Shown here piece by piece: positions 24,760 to 38,043 of a stretch of 64,000 nt of DNA. Source of the stretch: Vicugna vicugna (lineage: Eukaryota). The DNA lies in contig MU058198.1 in assembly GCA_013265495.1 (NCBI GenBank), forward strand, positions 2,492,419 through 2,556,418, in the 5' to 3' direction. Both the position numbers and the translations under genes were made by a program. The notes beneath the pieces were generated by a model. That model searched no databases. It saw only the letters and a program-made list of their open reading frames with translations, and was not told the DNA's origin. Within the stretch, counting starts at the first letter, position 1. Each line of letters begins with the position of its first letter.

Positions 24760-26062
24760 TGTGATAGAAATGCTCAACAACTCGTTCTCTGAAAAAAGAG
24801 AAGTATGCAACCAGAAATTGGCACAACATTGTAAACTGATTATAACTCAATTAAAAAAAAGAAGAAAAGAAGTATGCATATATATACATACATACACATA
24901 TGTAACTTTATTATAAATTTTACTGGTAAAAAGCTGTGTAGCACATGATTTACAAATAATAAAATATTTCTACTCCATATTATGATTCCATATACCTATA
25001 ATTTCAGTGTGACTTGCTATTTCTTACAAATTCCGCATTCCATTGTAAGTTTTTGTAATTTGCAACAACAGTCATGAAGTCAAGACTGTAAATAAATGCT
25101 GGATTACTATTTGGTTCCACAAAGAAGTCACTCAGGTCATCGACCAAGGACTGTACTTCCAATCTAAATACTGTTTTTTAAAAATTTTTGTTTATGTTAA
25201 CAAGAGAAAACACAAACAATGAAGACACCCTTCGGAACTGCACTCTGTCAGCAATGATGTGAGCAACCTTTGATTAATTGAATGATAGGGTTTGAATACC
25301 GGAAAGAATATGACCTGAATTTCTCTGTGTGCTTTTCACAGTGTAACAGCTATAGACATGACAGTTTTGAGTTTAAATAGCATTGTTAACATTTTATTAC
25401 TTTCTTAAGTCTAGACTGGAGTTGACAAACTATCACTATTGGGCTAAATCCAACCTGTAGCCTGTTTGTGTGCAGTCTGAAATTTAAGCATAATTTTTAC
25501 ATTTTAAAAGGCTTATAACACAAACAAACAGGACTATGCAACAGAAACTGCATGTGGTTTTACAAATATTAACTGGCTCTTTAAGGGAAAAATTTGCTGA
25601 CCCCTGGACTAGACAATCAATAAAACAAAGCAACAATTTGTACTGATTTCCATGGTGTAAATACATTCAACGTGGCTAATTTCAAGTTACAAAAGTGGTA
25701 TCACTGAACACAGATTTTTTTTTCATTGAGTTATAGTCATTTTACAATGTTGTGTCAAATGAACACAGATTTAAGAAGAAATGCTCAGTAGCTTACCATT
25801 ATAATATTGGAACACAAAACAAATAATCATAACCCCATATGCAATATTGTGTCACAATTAAAGGATAAAAATAGCAAAGTGTAGTCATTTTCTAACATTA
25901 GAAAGTAATGTTTTGAGTATTTATCACCTTTGTTTTTAATATAATTTATTTAATTATAAACATACATATGCATATTAATTTTTAATAATGGCTGTGTTTA
26001 AAAACCAGCTTGAGAAATTCCTATAAAGTTAACAATGGCTCTCATCAGCCAGCTTGCCACTG
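24760..26062 (-). mobile_element. MER63-like hAT element interrupted by younger insertions
   Basis: The right end (TTTGAGTATTTATCACCTTTGTTTTTAATATAATTTATTT...AATGGCTGTGTTTAAAAACCAGCT...GCCACTG) matches the reverse complement of the recalled MER63 end. Contains two short L1 tails and a MER58-like piece near 25415-25610. Confidence 0.6.
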
Positions 26063-26089
26063 GATATATTTCACAAGAGTACTCACTGT

Positions 26090-26258
26090 TGGGGGAGGGT
26101 ATATACTGGGAGAGCGTGTGCTTAGCATACATGAGGTCCTAGGTACAATCCCCAGTACCTCCATTACAAATAAATAAATAAATAAGCAAGCAAGCAAGCA
26201 AGCAAGCTAATTACCCCCCACCCTCCGTCCCAGCCAAAAAAGGGCTTTGAAAAAATAA
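26090..26258 (+). mobile_element. tRNA-derived SINE with (TAAA)n(GCAA)n tail
   Basis: TSD AAGAGTACTCACTGT (26075-26089) and AAGAGTGCTCACTGT (26259-26273). Confidence 0.85.
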
Positions 26259-26324
26259 AAGAGTGCTCACTGTGTTGCTGCTACCTGGTCTGTGGGTGGG
26301 CACGTTCAGTAGCAGGTGTAAGGA

Positions 26325-26506
26325 CACTACTATATATAAAACAGATAAACAACAAGGACCAGCTGTAGAGCACAGGGAACTATATTCAATATCCTGTAAT
26401 AACCTATAATGGAAAAGAATCTGAAAAAAAAATCACTGAATTTCTTTGTCTTACACATGAAACTAACATAATATTGTAAATCAACTATACTTCAAAAAAA
26501 AAAAAA
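26325..26506 (+). mobile_element. Artiodactyl-type L1 3' end with A tail
   Basis: AGATAAACAACAAGGACC...AGCACAGGGAACTATATTCAATATCCTGTAATAACCTATAATGGAAAAGAAT...ATTGTAAATCAACTATACTTC, then an A run. A similar copy lies at 34755-34955. Confidence 0.8.
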
Positions 26507-27275
26507 GGTAACACATTAGGAGTGTGCTGGCTCAGGGAGGCAATGAGAGATGTGTATTTCCTCAAAACAGGGAAGCCATGGAGAGAATGATTAAAAAATC
26601 CACGTGTGTATGTTCATGTGTGACTGAAGCATTATGCTGTACACCAGAAACTGACATATTGTGAACTGACTATACTTCAATAAAAAAAATGTATACAATA
26701 AAATAAAAATATCCATGTGGCATATGTAGAGAAGGCAAAGATGTGCTAATTTGTGAAATATTCGACTGCAGTGCATCAGCAATAAATGAGTGAGAGCTGA
26801 TTCCCAAAACCGTGGCACAGACTATCACCTGTTCTTTGACAATTGAATTGAATACAAGGTTCAGTTCATGATTCTACCCTGCTACTAGGATATTTACAAT
26901 CCCAAGGTATCTATATTATTGTGGAGACAAAGTAGGAAAACCGAAACAGAAGGAAAAAAACCCTGGAGGAGTTCTACCACAAATCGAAAATAACTCTAAT
27001 GGAAAACTTACGTTTTAATCTTGCTTATGTTTTCGTGATCACTACAAGATTTTCAAATTTTATGAAAATTACAATGAAAGCAAAGTGTGATATCTCTTGC
27101 CAAACAATTTTCATAGTCTTATGTCCTCATTTTCTTTGCTGACAGGTGTAGGAAAAAGGCGTAGAATATAATCACTTTTTCACAGTTAGGCCCTTGAAAA
27201 TGTCAGCTGACGGAAAACAAAATATTTTAAACCTGTAATTCAGAACCACTCAAACTCAGTCTGTTCTCTCTTCTT

Positions 27276-27302
27276 GTTTTGTTGGGGGAGATAATTAAGT
27301 AT

Positions 27303-27333
<31 letters not shown>

Positions 27334-27412
27334 GTGGAGGTATTGGGGATTGAACCCAGAACCTCGTATATGCTAAGCAGGCACTCTACCACTGTGCTAT
27401 AACCTGCCCCCC
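27276..27412 (-). mobile_element. tRNA-derived SINE with (TTTA)n tract
   Basis: GGAGGTATTGGGGATTGAACCCAGAACCTCGTATATGCTAAGCAGGCACTCTACC. Confidence 0.85.
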
Positions 27413-27539
27413 TGTCCTCTTTCTTAATGAGATCAGCTTGTTTGTACATTAGCAGAGAAAGAGGAAAGAATTTTCCACTTTGAGTACGTTTAAGAATAAC
27501 TGGAGGGGGAGGGTATAGCTAAGTGGTAAACATACTTGT

Positions 27540-27647
27540 ATATTGACTGGGAAACCAGAACATTTGTGTGACTCACTTTATTGTGATAATCCACTTTATT
27601 ATGGTGGTCTGGAACCAAACCCACAGTATCTTCAAGGTGTGCCTGTA
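27540..27647 (+). mobile_element. Tigger1 terminal fragment
   Basis: CTGGGAAACCAGAACATTTGTGTGACTCACTTTATTGTGAT...GGTCTGGAACCAAACCCACAGTATCTTCAAGGTGTGCCTGTA, homologous to the arm at 10740-10836. Confidence 0.8.
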
Positions 27648-27659
27648 TTCAGGCTGAAA

Positions 27660-27711
27660 TACACACATACACACACATGCACACACACGCACAGAAAGAG
27701 AGAGAGAGGAG
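27660..27711. repeat. Imperfect (CA)n followed by (GA)n microsatellite
   Basis: TACACACATACACACACATGCACACACACGCACAGAAAGAGAGAGAGAGGAG read directly from the sequence. Confidence 0.8.
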
Positions 27712-27714
27712 AAT

Positions 27715-28800
27715 AGAATACCCAAGAGATTTGAGGCAATATGGAACAATCAAACACACATTTTAATGAAATGCCAAAACAAAAAGAAGAAAAAGGTTAG
27801 AAGAAATATTTGAAGAGACAATAGCTAAGTATTTTTTAAAATAATGAAAGACATCAAACCAAGGGGCTTAAGATCCAAGTAGCTCAGAGAAGCAGGATAA
27901 ATATCAAAACAAAATACAACACAAAACGCATCATATGATGGACACACCATATTCAAACTGATGAAAACCAAAATTAAGGATGAACTATTGAAGGCAGCCA
28001 AAGAAATAAGACACGTTACATAGAGAGGAACAAAAATCAGAATTAATAACAGCAGACTAAATCGGAAACTATGTGATACATAAGACAGTGAAATGACATC
28101 TTGCAAATTTTCGAAAGAAAAATACCTGTCAACCTAGAATGTTATACACAGTGCAAAATCTTTAAAAATTAAGGTGAAATAAAGACTTTTCAGTTGAACA
28201 AAGGCTGAAAGAATTCAATACCAACAGACCCGTGTTACGTGAAATGTTCAAGGAAGTTAACAGATAGAAACTTGGATCTCCACCAAGAAATGAAGCCCTC
28301 TGGAAATAGTTAAAATGAAGATAAATATAAAAGACTTTTTTTTCTTATTTTTAACCATTTTAAAAGATGATTGAGGATCCCTCACATGTTTCTGGTGGGA
28401 ATGAACTCAAATGTTCTTCAGTCGCTTAATTGGTAAACAAAGTGTGGTACACCTACACTGTAGACTGCTACACGGCAGTAGAAAAAATAGATACCACTGA
28501 TACAATAGCATGAATGAATGCCCAATATGTTATGCTAAGTGAAAGAAGCCAGCCCTAAAAGGTTGTCTACTATATGATTCCATTTATCTGATATTCTTGA
28601 AAAGACAAAACTATCAGGGCAGCAAACCCATTAGTAGTTGCCAGGGCCTGAGGTAGGGAGAGCAGTTGACCACAAAAGGACACAGGGATTCTTTTTAGGT
28701 AACAGGAATATTCTGTATTTTGATTGTGATGATGGTTACATAGTTGCATGCACCGTCAAAACTCAAATTGTACATTACATAGGGTGAATTACCTGACTTG
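27715..28800 (+). mobile_element. Ancient L1 (L1ME/HAL1-like) fragments: ORF1-like part followed by 3' end
   Basis: A-rich decayed coding text (GAAATATTTGAAGAGACAATAGCT, CCTGTCAACCTAGAAT, GTGAAATAAAGACTTTT), then 3'UTR text (ATGCTAAGTGAAAGAAGCCAG). Confidence 0.7.
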
Positions 28801-29676
28801 AAAAAACTTACAGACCATAGAACTTGTTTTCGTTTTATTTTTGGAAGATTGTCCTGAAATGATTACACAAATGCCATCTGACTTGCTATTTAGAAATGTC
28901 ATTTTCTTCTTATAGGTTATCTGCACACTTGAAAATAATTACTTCATTAAGATGTAATTTCATGACTTTTGAATACTTTTAATTAAAGTACATATTGCTT
29001 CTGCTAAGGACCCTGTCTCTGTCTTCTCCTTGGTGAGCCGTGTTGAAAACTCCTTATTTATGGCAGGATTCTGAATCAGTACACCTGAGGTGGCCCGAGA
29101 AACTGCATCTTAACCAGCACCACTGGGGATTCTGATTAACAAACACCAGGAGGCAGTAGAGCTTTGTGTGAAGAATGTGGGTTCTGCAATCAGACTGCCT
29201 GCTTTCAAGTCTTTCTTCAACCACTCATTTGCTGTGCAGTGGAAGCTTTCTGTGCTTAGATTCTTCTGTTAAAAAAAAAAAAGTCATAACAACAGTATCA
29301 ACCGTATTAGATTGTAATGAGGATTAAAATAGATGACACTTGTAATACACCACAATGTCTGGCATCTAGGACCTGCTGTCCTTGTTGTCAGTTGCATGTG
29401 TGATAGATAGTCTTGCAGTGCTGCTGTAGGAAGCTCTTTTTCTTGAAGAGTGAGCCTGTGGTCCAGACTAAGAATTTCATGGGGTAGAAATACACCTATT
29501 TTCATTTCTAAAGTATTTTTCCTCCCAGGTGCTTCCCAGGGGACTAGGCAAGCCTCACACAATGAAAGAGCAGGTGGAGGTAAAGGACGGGGTGATGAAT
29601 ATGGAGAATTAAAAAAAATGCAAAGATTTTGGTTTCAGTTCATAAGGAGCTGACAATTTGTCAAGCACATAGCTCT

Positions 29677-29709
29677 CAAAACAAAACAAAACAAAACAAA
29701 ACAAAAAAA
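29677..29709. repeat. (CAAAA)n pentanucleotide repeat
   Basis: CAAAACAAAACAAAACAAAACAAAACAAAAAAA read directly from the sequence. Confidence 0.85.
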
Positions 29710-32700
29710 TGTCTCCACTTAGAACTTTGTTGCAGGTATGGACTATATACAGTAAATTGTTTCCCCATTTATTTTATGAACTGTTATGGAACTCTGAATA
29801 TATGAGGTTCTAAAGTGTGTGGAAAAACAGAAAATTACACCACTTCTCTTGCATACTATGTAGGTACCGATGACTAGCATCTGGGGAAATCATCCACAGA
29901 CTTTATAATTCACACACACAAAAAAGTAAGCAGGTGAAAAAACAGATCCTGTAACTGGAAGGGACTTTAAGAGTCGCTGATCCAGATCCACGACTTTATG
30001 CACAGGTGGTCTTTATTAATAACCGTTTGTACAGACAAAATGATTAAGGTTATGTGATTTTACAAGGTCACATGGAAAATATCAGGGTTCTAACTAGAAT
30101 TCGAGATTTTCTGCCTCCTGGTGTAATGCTCTTTCTGTTTTTGATGATAAAAATGAGGGCTGGGTAAACTGATGGGGGATTAGGGACTGTGAGTGTGTGG
30201 TAGGACGGATCAGACCTTGCACGAGAGCCACAGCTAACCTGGAAAGCCTCATTCCTATATATTGGGTGTTCATTCCTATACATAGTGTGTTTCAGGCAAG
30301 CGAGGTTTGATATCTGTTGGGTGAGGGAAGACTGGCTCGTCATCCTTTGTTCCCATAAGGAGTATGATGTAGGTAAATGCATCACTATCTGGGTTTTGCT
30401 GCTACGGAAACTTAATATGTTGGTACATTGAGAATCCAGTCATCTCCTTCAGGCACATTAGCATAGATCAAACTCACAAACCAATGCAAAAAAATAAAGC
30501 CCCAAACCTATTTATTCCTTTATACTGAGACAGTAACTATCCATGAGAGAGTCGGCTGTGTTCCCTGATCAGCACATTCCCACCCTATATAAGGGATAAG
30601 GTGGGCATGGGATGGGGACATGGCAATTCAGGATGATGTTAATGGATGATGTTAGGGACTTGATAAAATGGATGCATCACACAGACGGGCACCTGCCTCA
30701 AAGAACAAAGTGGACCAGGGTACTCTCTGGGGCTGGTGATGGAGATCTGCTGCAAATCAGCCTGACTTTCCATTTCCTAAGGCTGACCCAACTCCTCCCC
30801 ATCCTCCACCTCCAATGAGCTGGTAATTCTAAGAATATGTTATTATGTTTCTTCAATCAAGTTGCAGCCAAGTCTTGGCTTGGGGACCCGCCTTTTTTAA
30901 AGGTGACTTTGCATCTCTTTGCTCTAATCCATTATATGCATGCTTTCAAGAAGTGTGATTCTCAGCAATTTTATTTCCCTATTACCAGAATTTTTTTGAG
31001 GGCAATTTTATGATGGACTCCATGACCTACCATGTCAAAAACACCTGACTTAAAGTTTTTTTTTTCCTTGAAACATCCTTAAACACATATTTCAAAAATA
31101 TAATGTATTCCTGATGCTTCTGTCCAGATATAAGTTCTAAATTGGGTAAAAGAACTAATAAATATTAGATGTTCTCAAATATGATGTGAGTTACCACGTG
31201 CCAAGATGAAAAGTATGCCCATGTATATGCTGCTAATTATAGACAATAATGGAGAAATTCCAGTCCATGAATCAAATGGGGCTGGAGAGTCTAAAAATGA
31301 ATTCACTGTATCATCAAAATTTACAGGAATAACTTAGATTTATTTTCCTGAAGACTTATTCCATTGAATAATCATGATGAGCATTGTAGATGTGGTAAAA
31401 TGATCTATAAATATGTTTTTTTATAAAAGCAAAAAAAGTGCGTGTAACTAACCTAAAGCAATTTGTAAGATGTCTGAAAAACAGCAAATTTGGCTCCACT
31501 GTCATTTATAATTTTGGTTATAAAATGGTTCACAAACACCAAACTTCATTTTATTGAGTTTCTTGAGTAAAGCTGACTTCCCCCCACCTGCACCCCTAGG
31601 GCTGGTGTGGGAGGCAGGAGGGGAAGGTGGAATCTGAGATCTGTTGGCCAAGAATAAAAGCCTTTGTGGTGGAGGAAGGGCTTCTGGCCTCTGATGGCCG
31701 CCCCATCATATCTAAAACTTTTGCTGAAAGACTTAAGCATAGAAAACTAACGAACTTAGAAAAAAAGTTTCTATTGTAGAAGAGTTTAATAGCTGCTTTC
31801 AGTACTGACTGTGTCAAATTTAGGAAACTGTATGGAATAATTGTAGGGTTCTCACAACGCTAAGGTTTTGGTTATCTAATAACCAAATGCTCTGCCTCTG
31901 GATTTAATGATTTGTTCACACAGCAAGTTCAAGGAAGATCCTGGACTAAGTTGTGACACAAACTCATTAGTTGTGGCTCTTAAAAAAATCAATCACAGTT
32001 TCCACCAGAGAAGGGAGATAGTTATGTCTGATTTTCAGGTTGATTGATTGCTCAAGTATCCTCTTTCATAAACGTATTCTTCCTCATTTTCAGACCAGTC
32101 TGCAGTTGTGCAAAAATAAAATAGTGGTCTTCTCTATGCCAGCAGAGATGTGGTTCTGTGGTATGTCACGCAAACTATTTAAGATCACTTATGTTTATGT
32201 GCATACATACATACTTTGTCTACCATAAAATATTTAGATTTAAAGTTTTAAAAGCTTTCTCATTGTACCGTGCAATTTTTTCATGTATTTCATATAAACT
32301 GTAAGTTTGAATGTTTTAGAGTCACAATATAATATGAAGGCTTTATAGTTTCAAAGTAAGTATATGAAAACACAGCGGCATGAAGTTACATGGTGAGCTG
32401 GGTGGAGAGGAAGCAGCCATTCATAGGACCAAACCCACATGCATGCAAGAGACAGCAATTAAGAGGCCAAGGATAGGGATGTTTTGAAAATACACTTAAA
32501 ACAAGATGAAAGAAGATCTTTGGGCCTTTGAAAATGCCCCAGAGAGTGAATGAAGACGACAGCCTTCTCTTTTATCAGAGTTCTGCCTTAGACCTGCTAA
32601 CTAGAAAGACCTCGCTGAGTTGAAATATCTATTTTAAAAAATATATGTTCCTTTAAGTGGCTTAAACTATTTTATGTGCAGATTTCTTTTAGGGATCCTA

Positions 32701-33989
32701 GGAGCAATTGCATTAAGTGGCCTACTGTGATTCTTCATAGCCCAGAAGGCTCTGAGGGGCACCTCATTTCTTCTCCCACAATTACTGGGTGCACCTGTAA
32801 TCCAGAGGAACTTGGGCAACTCGGAAGCGCTCCAGCTTAGCAAGGAGGTGTCAAAATGAGGGCTGCAATACTACACTTCCTCAGTCAGCTTTCCCTGCAC
32901 CCCTCTGCCCCCCAGTGATGTCAGGTCTCTCTGCTGTAAGTTCTAACAATGTACACGTCTTTTCTAGCACTCAGCAGTCTGTATTAACTGTTCATTTTGT
33001 GATTACTTGGACAGGTCTGCCTTCCTGCTAAACAGTAAGCTCTATGAGGGTAAGTTATTGTGTTTATTTTGCTTTCCTCTCCATTTAGTCTGGTGCTTGG
33101 TGTCTTGCATGTACTCAGTAAGTCTTCATGCCTATGTGAAAGTGGTAGTTTTTTGTCTTTCCAGTGTTATTCCCGACATAAATTGAAACAGGTATGAGAT
33201 TGTCATGGGAGGGAAGCTGTGGGATTCAAAAGGTTCTAAGCAGGTGAAGTGCCGGTGGCTGGCACAGAGGTATGCAGATGAGCCAGCTGGGAGGAGTTTT
33301 GGACAGAAGCAGGGAAAGGCTTTCCTACTAAGACAGGTATCCCTGACAAGTACATGAACTTGAGTGTGCTGCCTGAGTCTGTGGTTCTAGGTTTGGATGT
33401 TATACAGTTTTGTGTTTCATATTCCTTCCCTCCACTTTCATTCTCATTTCCTTAGTTGGTTCAAAGTCTCAGGAAGGGGTCTGGGAATAGACACATTATG
33501 AGGAGGAGCTCATGGGCTTGTCATGGGCTTTAAGGGAGTGTTTTATGGAGGGGAGCTTCGCAGAGACCAGGCACAATAGGGATGAGCATCATTTTTTATG
33601 ATAACCTTGGTTGAGTTTTTAGTTTATGAGGCTTTCAGATCATCTGATTCTCACAGATGTATTATCAAGTCAGCAGCTCAGAATCATGGCCCACAGTTTA
33701 TAGATGAGGAAAGGGAGGTTCAGAAGAGGCTGAATTCTCCAAGTTACAGTGAAAGCAAGAGCAAATTAACACTTTAGGAGAATTTACTACGTGCTGTGGC
33801 ACTGCACCTAGCCCTTGATATTTAGAATATATAATTTAATCCTCACCACATCCCCATGATGTGATAGGTAACCATTATTAATATCTCCACTTTACAGATG
33901 AGGAGACTGATCCCTAAAGAGGTTAAGTGATTTGCCACAAATTGCAAAATCAAGAAATGTAGAACCAGGCCTCAAACCCAAGTGGTCTC

Positions 33990-34452
33990 TGTTGGGCCAA
34001 CTAACATCCTTCAGAGTCTGATGACCCCCATTCCTGGGCTCTCAGATGTCTGCCTGCGATCCCTCAGTACATAAAGTACATTCTTTACTGGGTGTGTTTC
34101 CTCGAACAACCTAACAGCCCTAGATAATGCCTAATTTCACAATAGCCCAGGCTGGCTTGTTTCAGCCCACTTTATCAGAGTCAAATCCTATCGCTCTTCA
34201 TAGACCCTAAACCTCTTACCTCACCTACAACCAATCAGAGCCTGAGGACAACCTGATCAGGCACCTTGTGACCCTACCTAATAAAAGGCCCCAACAACTG
34301 GCCCTCAGGGATCACACAGACACTTCTTGTGTCTATGACAGTGTACCCCAATAAGCTCCTTTCTATTCTTACACTTAACCTCTGGTAAATTCTTCTACCA
34401 AACCTACAGATCACTATGTCACCAATGGGCTGCCATGTTGTGCCCCACAACA
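33990..34452 (+). mobile_element. Solo endogenous-retrovirus LTR (463 bp) inserted into a MIR
   Basis: Termini TGTTG...CAACA and a perfect 5-bp TSD GTCTC (33985-33989 and 34453-34457). CCAAT at 34231, TATA-like TAATAAAAG at 34279, AATAAG at 34350. MIR-like sequence continues on both sides. Confidence 0.85.
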
Positions 34453-36389
34453 GTCTCTTTCAGAACTCAGAGGATAAACCACTATGCTAATACACAGCAC
34501 TGGGACATCACCAGCAGAGCACATTTCATTATTTGTACTTGCTACTATAGGTCTTCTGACTCCTGGCTCAATTCTACTACTTTATGTTGCCAGGTTTTTT
34601 TAACCTGTTTGCAGTTTTACTTTAGCTTAGAATTTATTAGAGACCATAGTGATGTCATTACATATGAGCTGGGTGGAGAGGAACTCACTGAGATTGTATC
34701 AACCAAGTTCAGATAAAAAACCTTTACATTTACTAAGTAAAAAAAACAATGTTGCTACTATAGTTAAAATAGATAAACAACAAGGTCCTACTGTAGAGCA
34801 GAGGGTATTATACATACAATACCTTGTAATGGCCTATAATGAAAAAGAATATGAAAAGGAATATATATTGTATATATGTATAAATGAATGAATCACTATG
34901 CTGTACACCAGAAATTAACACATTGTAAATCAACTATACTTCAATTAAAAAAAAACCCACTGTTGAATACATTTACTAATTTCCTTTTTTAGAGGTGCTC
35001 ATTGCTTAATAACCACAAGGCACATCTATTGAATACATTGGGGAAAATGTGCACCTTTTTCTGAAACTCTACAAAATATTAAGAAGCATATAAAAATCTA
35101 AGTCCATGAAAACATACGATTGTATGAGTTTTTTTTAGACCATTATCTCTTCAAAGAGATGACAGTGAACACCAGTGACGGCATATATAGTGTTTTCTAC
35201 AGATCAGCTCTCTCTCCCTGCAGGTTCTCTTTGTAATTGAAAACAGAACATGAGAATGCTGTAATTTGTAAATGATAAGATCAATTACAATAAAAAGTGT
35301 CCTTGCCTAGAGTTCTAGATAGGAAAGTGTCAAGATTTTGGGCCTGTGCACAGAGGTGTGACCCAAGCTAGCTGGGCCCTGGTCAGGAATGCAACGAGCA
35401 GAGCCCAGCACAGAGGGTGTCATTTGTGTGTCTTTTGAACATCACTGCATTTCAAAGCTATAGTAGAAAGAACACTGGCTCCTATTTGGCTTTTTGTGTT
35501 ATCTGTGCCTCTACCCCTCTCTGTGATGGATAATATAGTAGTGACATTCTAGTAGATGAAGGAAGGAGGCAGTCCCTGAGGGCAATCTGAACTTCTGCTT
35601 AGTATATTTACTCTTGCTGTTTTCCTTCCTCCTCATTTGTAATTCAGGAGGCTCTCTGAGAGGAGAGAGACAGCAAGGCTTCTTAGATGGATCGAAGGAC
35701 CACGAGCTGGGACACCAGGTTCTATGAAAAGGTCTGCTATTGAATTTGTTCTGCTACTTTTAGGCAAATCATTTGATCACACTGTGCTTTGGTTTCTTCC
35801 TGTGCTTGCTAAGTGCAAATAACAGGTACTTGAGTATTTTGTGATTATTATAGAGCATTTTAAATGTGTGAGTTTTATTTTTCCAGGCCAGCTGCTCAGG
35901 TATCAAGTGAAAATCTGCTCCTCTGAGTTGTTCGGCTTTGTAGCAGTCACCTGACCCCAAATCCTTTAGATGATTGAAGCCATCTCATTGCTTCTTGTTC
36001 ATCAGTCTCTGAGATGCAGCTCATCAGGCCTACTCTATAGCTGAGGGGCTTACCTTTTGGTCTCCTTTGTAGAAATGAAATATGTCATTTTATATACTCA
36101 TATACTAATGCTGCTTTCATTCCTCCCAACCCCCCTCCTCTCAAAAGATGAAGGCTTTCTTTGGCACAGAGTTGCTTTATCTGTGACACTGATCCCAAGA
36201 GACAGTGGTAAACAAACTGAATTATATGGGCGTGCTACTATTGTTCTTTTTTGATGATTTGGGTCAGTACAACAAGAGGTTTGAACTAGATTAAGTAAGA
36301 TGCAAGCTCTTTGGGGTTTTGGCAAGAAACGGTCAGGGAGTATCTTGGGAAGAGAACACAAGGTATTGTCTCCCTTTCCCTGCCCAGGC

Positions 36390-36552
36390 TTTTTTTTTTT
36401 TTTTTTTTTTTTTTTTATTAAAAAAAAATTTTTTTTTCTTTCTTGGTGGGGAGGTAATTAGGTTTATTTATTTAGTGGAGGTAGTCGGGACTGAACCTAG
36501 GACCTTGTGCATGCTAAGCAGATACACTACCATTGAGCTATAACCTCCCCCC
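36390..36552 (-). mobile_element. tRNA-derived SINE with long poly(T) (antisense A tail)
   Basis: T-run 36390-36417, then GAGGTAATTAGGTTT...GGAGGTAGTCGGGACTGAACCTAGGACCTTGTGCATGCTAAGC. Confidence 0.85.
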
Positions 36553-37934
36553 ACCTGGTACACTTGTTACAGCCTGTGTCCCATTAGGCAACAAGATGTC
36601 CCTGCTAGTGAAAAGTGCTGAGATTTTTCGAAGCTTAGAAAAATGTCTGTGGGCAACGAACCGTTTTGTTCCTCATCAGTATATTATCACGCCATTATTA
36701 AATGACAATCTTAGAATTGCACTAATGGAGTTAATGGAAGGGTTTCTTTCTTTTGTCTTGAAGTAAAATAAAATGTATTTATGTTATTTCTAGTGCAGTT
36801 AAATTAAAAGCATTTTCTAAACAAATCTAGGAAGGTGTTAAAGCTAGCAGACCCATGAGATATGTTACTCCTTCGTTGTAGTTTGGGTGGCAGCAGGAAG
36901 AACTTCAGACACTGGAACACAGTGTAACTTCAGTTCTGAAACGTTGCTAGTCTTCCCGTGCTATTAATGATCAAAGAAACATCCGGATAAATATTGCTCC
37001 CAAAGCTTAGTTCGTTTTAAGAGTGTTGGGTCCAACTTCCGTTTGTTAGTTCAAGGATACAAGCAGCCAGGGACTCTAATCTGGGGTCTTCTTTCTTGGA
37101 CAGGGTCATCAACATCAAAACATTACTTGAAGTTGCCCCAGCTGCAAGTGGCTTCCCACAAAGGCAGAGCTTTCACCGATGCCTCTTAGAAATATGCAGC
37201 CAGTAACTTACCAGGCTTGGGGAATGGGGAGCGGGTAGGTGGGGAGGAGTTGGTGGCATGCTTTCCCCGCTAGATTCCTGTCGGCTTTGCAGCTCCTGCA
37301 AAGCAGAGTGGAGGACCTTGGGGTGGGGGTTTGGCTCGTCAGCGCTAAATATAAATAGGACGTTACGCAGCTGAGCCTGTAACAGTTAAGAACTGGCAAT
37401 AACCGTCTCTGGCAAGGACTTGGTCCGAGTGTCTGGACTACGAAAGGGATGAGGGTCACCCTTGGGTCAATCGGCACAATCAGGTGAAAATCCCGCCGGT
37501 GGTGGGGTGGATGACGGGCCCAGTAGCAACGACTAAAGCGAATAAAGACCAGTAGTCCTGCGGACACTACCTTGGAGGGACGAGGCGGCTTCAGTTACCG
37601 ACTTCGGAATTGATCTTCCCTGACTTAAAAACATTAAAATCATTTCGGCCATTAAAGGAGGCGGGGGCGCCAGGCGGGAGGCGGGGACGCGCTCCTGGCG
37701 GATGCGCGCTCCCTTTGTCCCGCCTCCCGGCCGGCCGACTCTTTGGTCGGGGGGAGCGCGCCCGGGAGGGAGCGCGCCGCAGCCGCGCGTACGTGTTCCG
37801 GCTGGAAACTGGCGCCCGCGGAGGCGGCGTTCCGCGGGCGGAGAGGAAGAGGGAGGCGGGAAGGCTGCGCGCCGCCCGCTCCGCCCCACCCCCCCGCCTC
37901 GGCCCTGAAGGGCTGGATGGGCAAGTTGGGCGCG

Positions 37935-38018
37935 ATGGCTCGAGCCCGGGTGGCGGCGGCGGCGGCGGTGGCTGGGGGCGGCGGCGCTTCCTCCTCCTCG
38001 CTCCGGCGCCGGCGGTGA
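37935..38018 (+). promoter_or_regulatory. Candidate upstream ORF in the METTL9 leader (27 aa, or 33 aa from ATG 37917)
   Basis: GCGATGG (strong context) opens MARARVAAAAAVAGGGGASSSSLRRRR*, with TGA at 38016-38018, 25 nt before the METTL9 ATG. Requires a transcription start upstream of 37935. Confidence 0.45.
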
Positions 38019-38043
38019 TCCGAGCGAGCGGCCGCGGCGCCCG

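Noticed and set aside
37345..37359. TATA/MEF2-like CTAAATATAAATAG upstream of the CpG island
   Set aside because: A single short motif about 700 nt from the start codon with nothing to corroborate it; CpG-island promoters are usually TATA-less.
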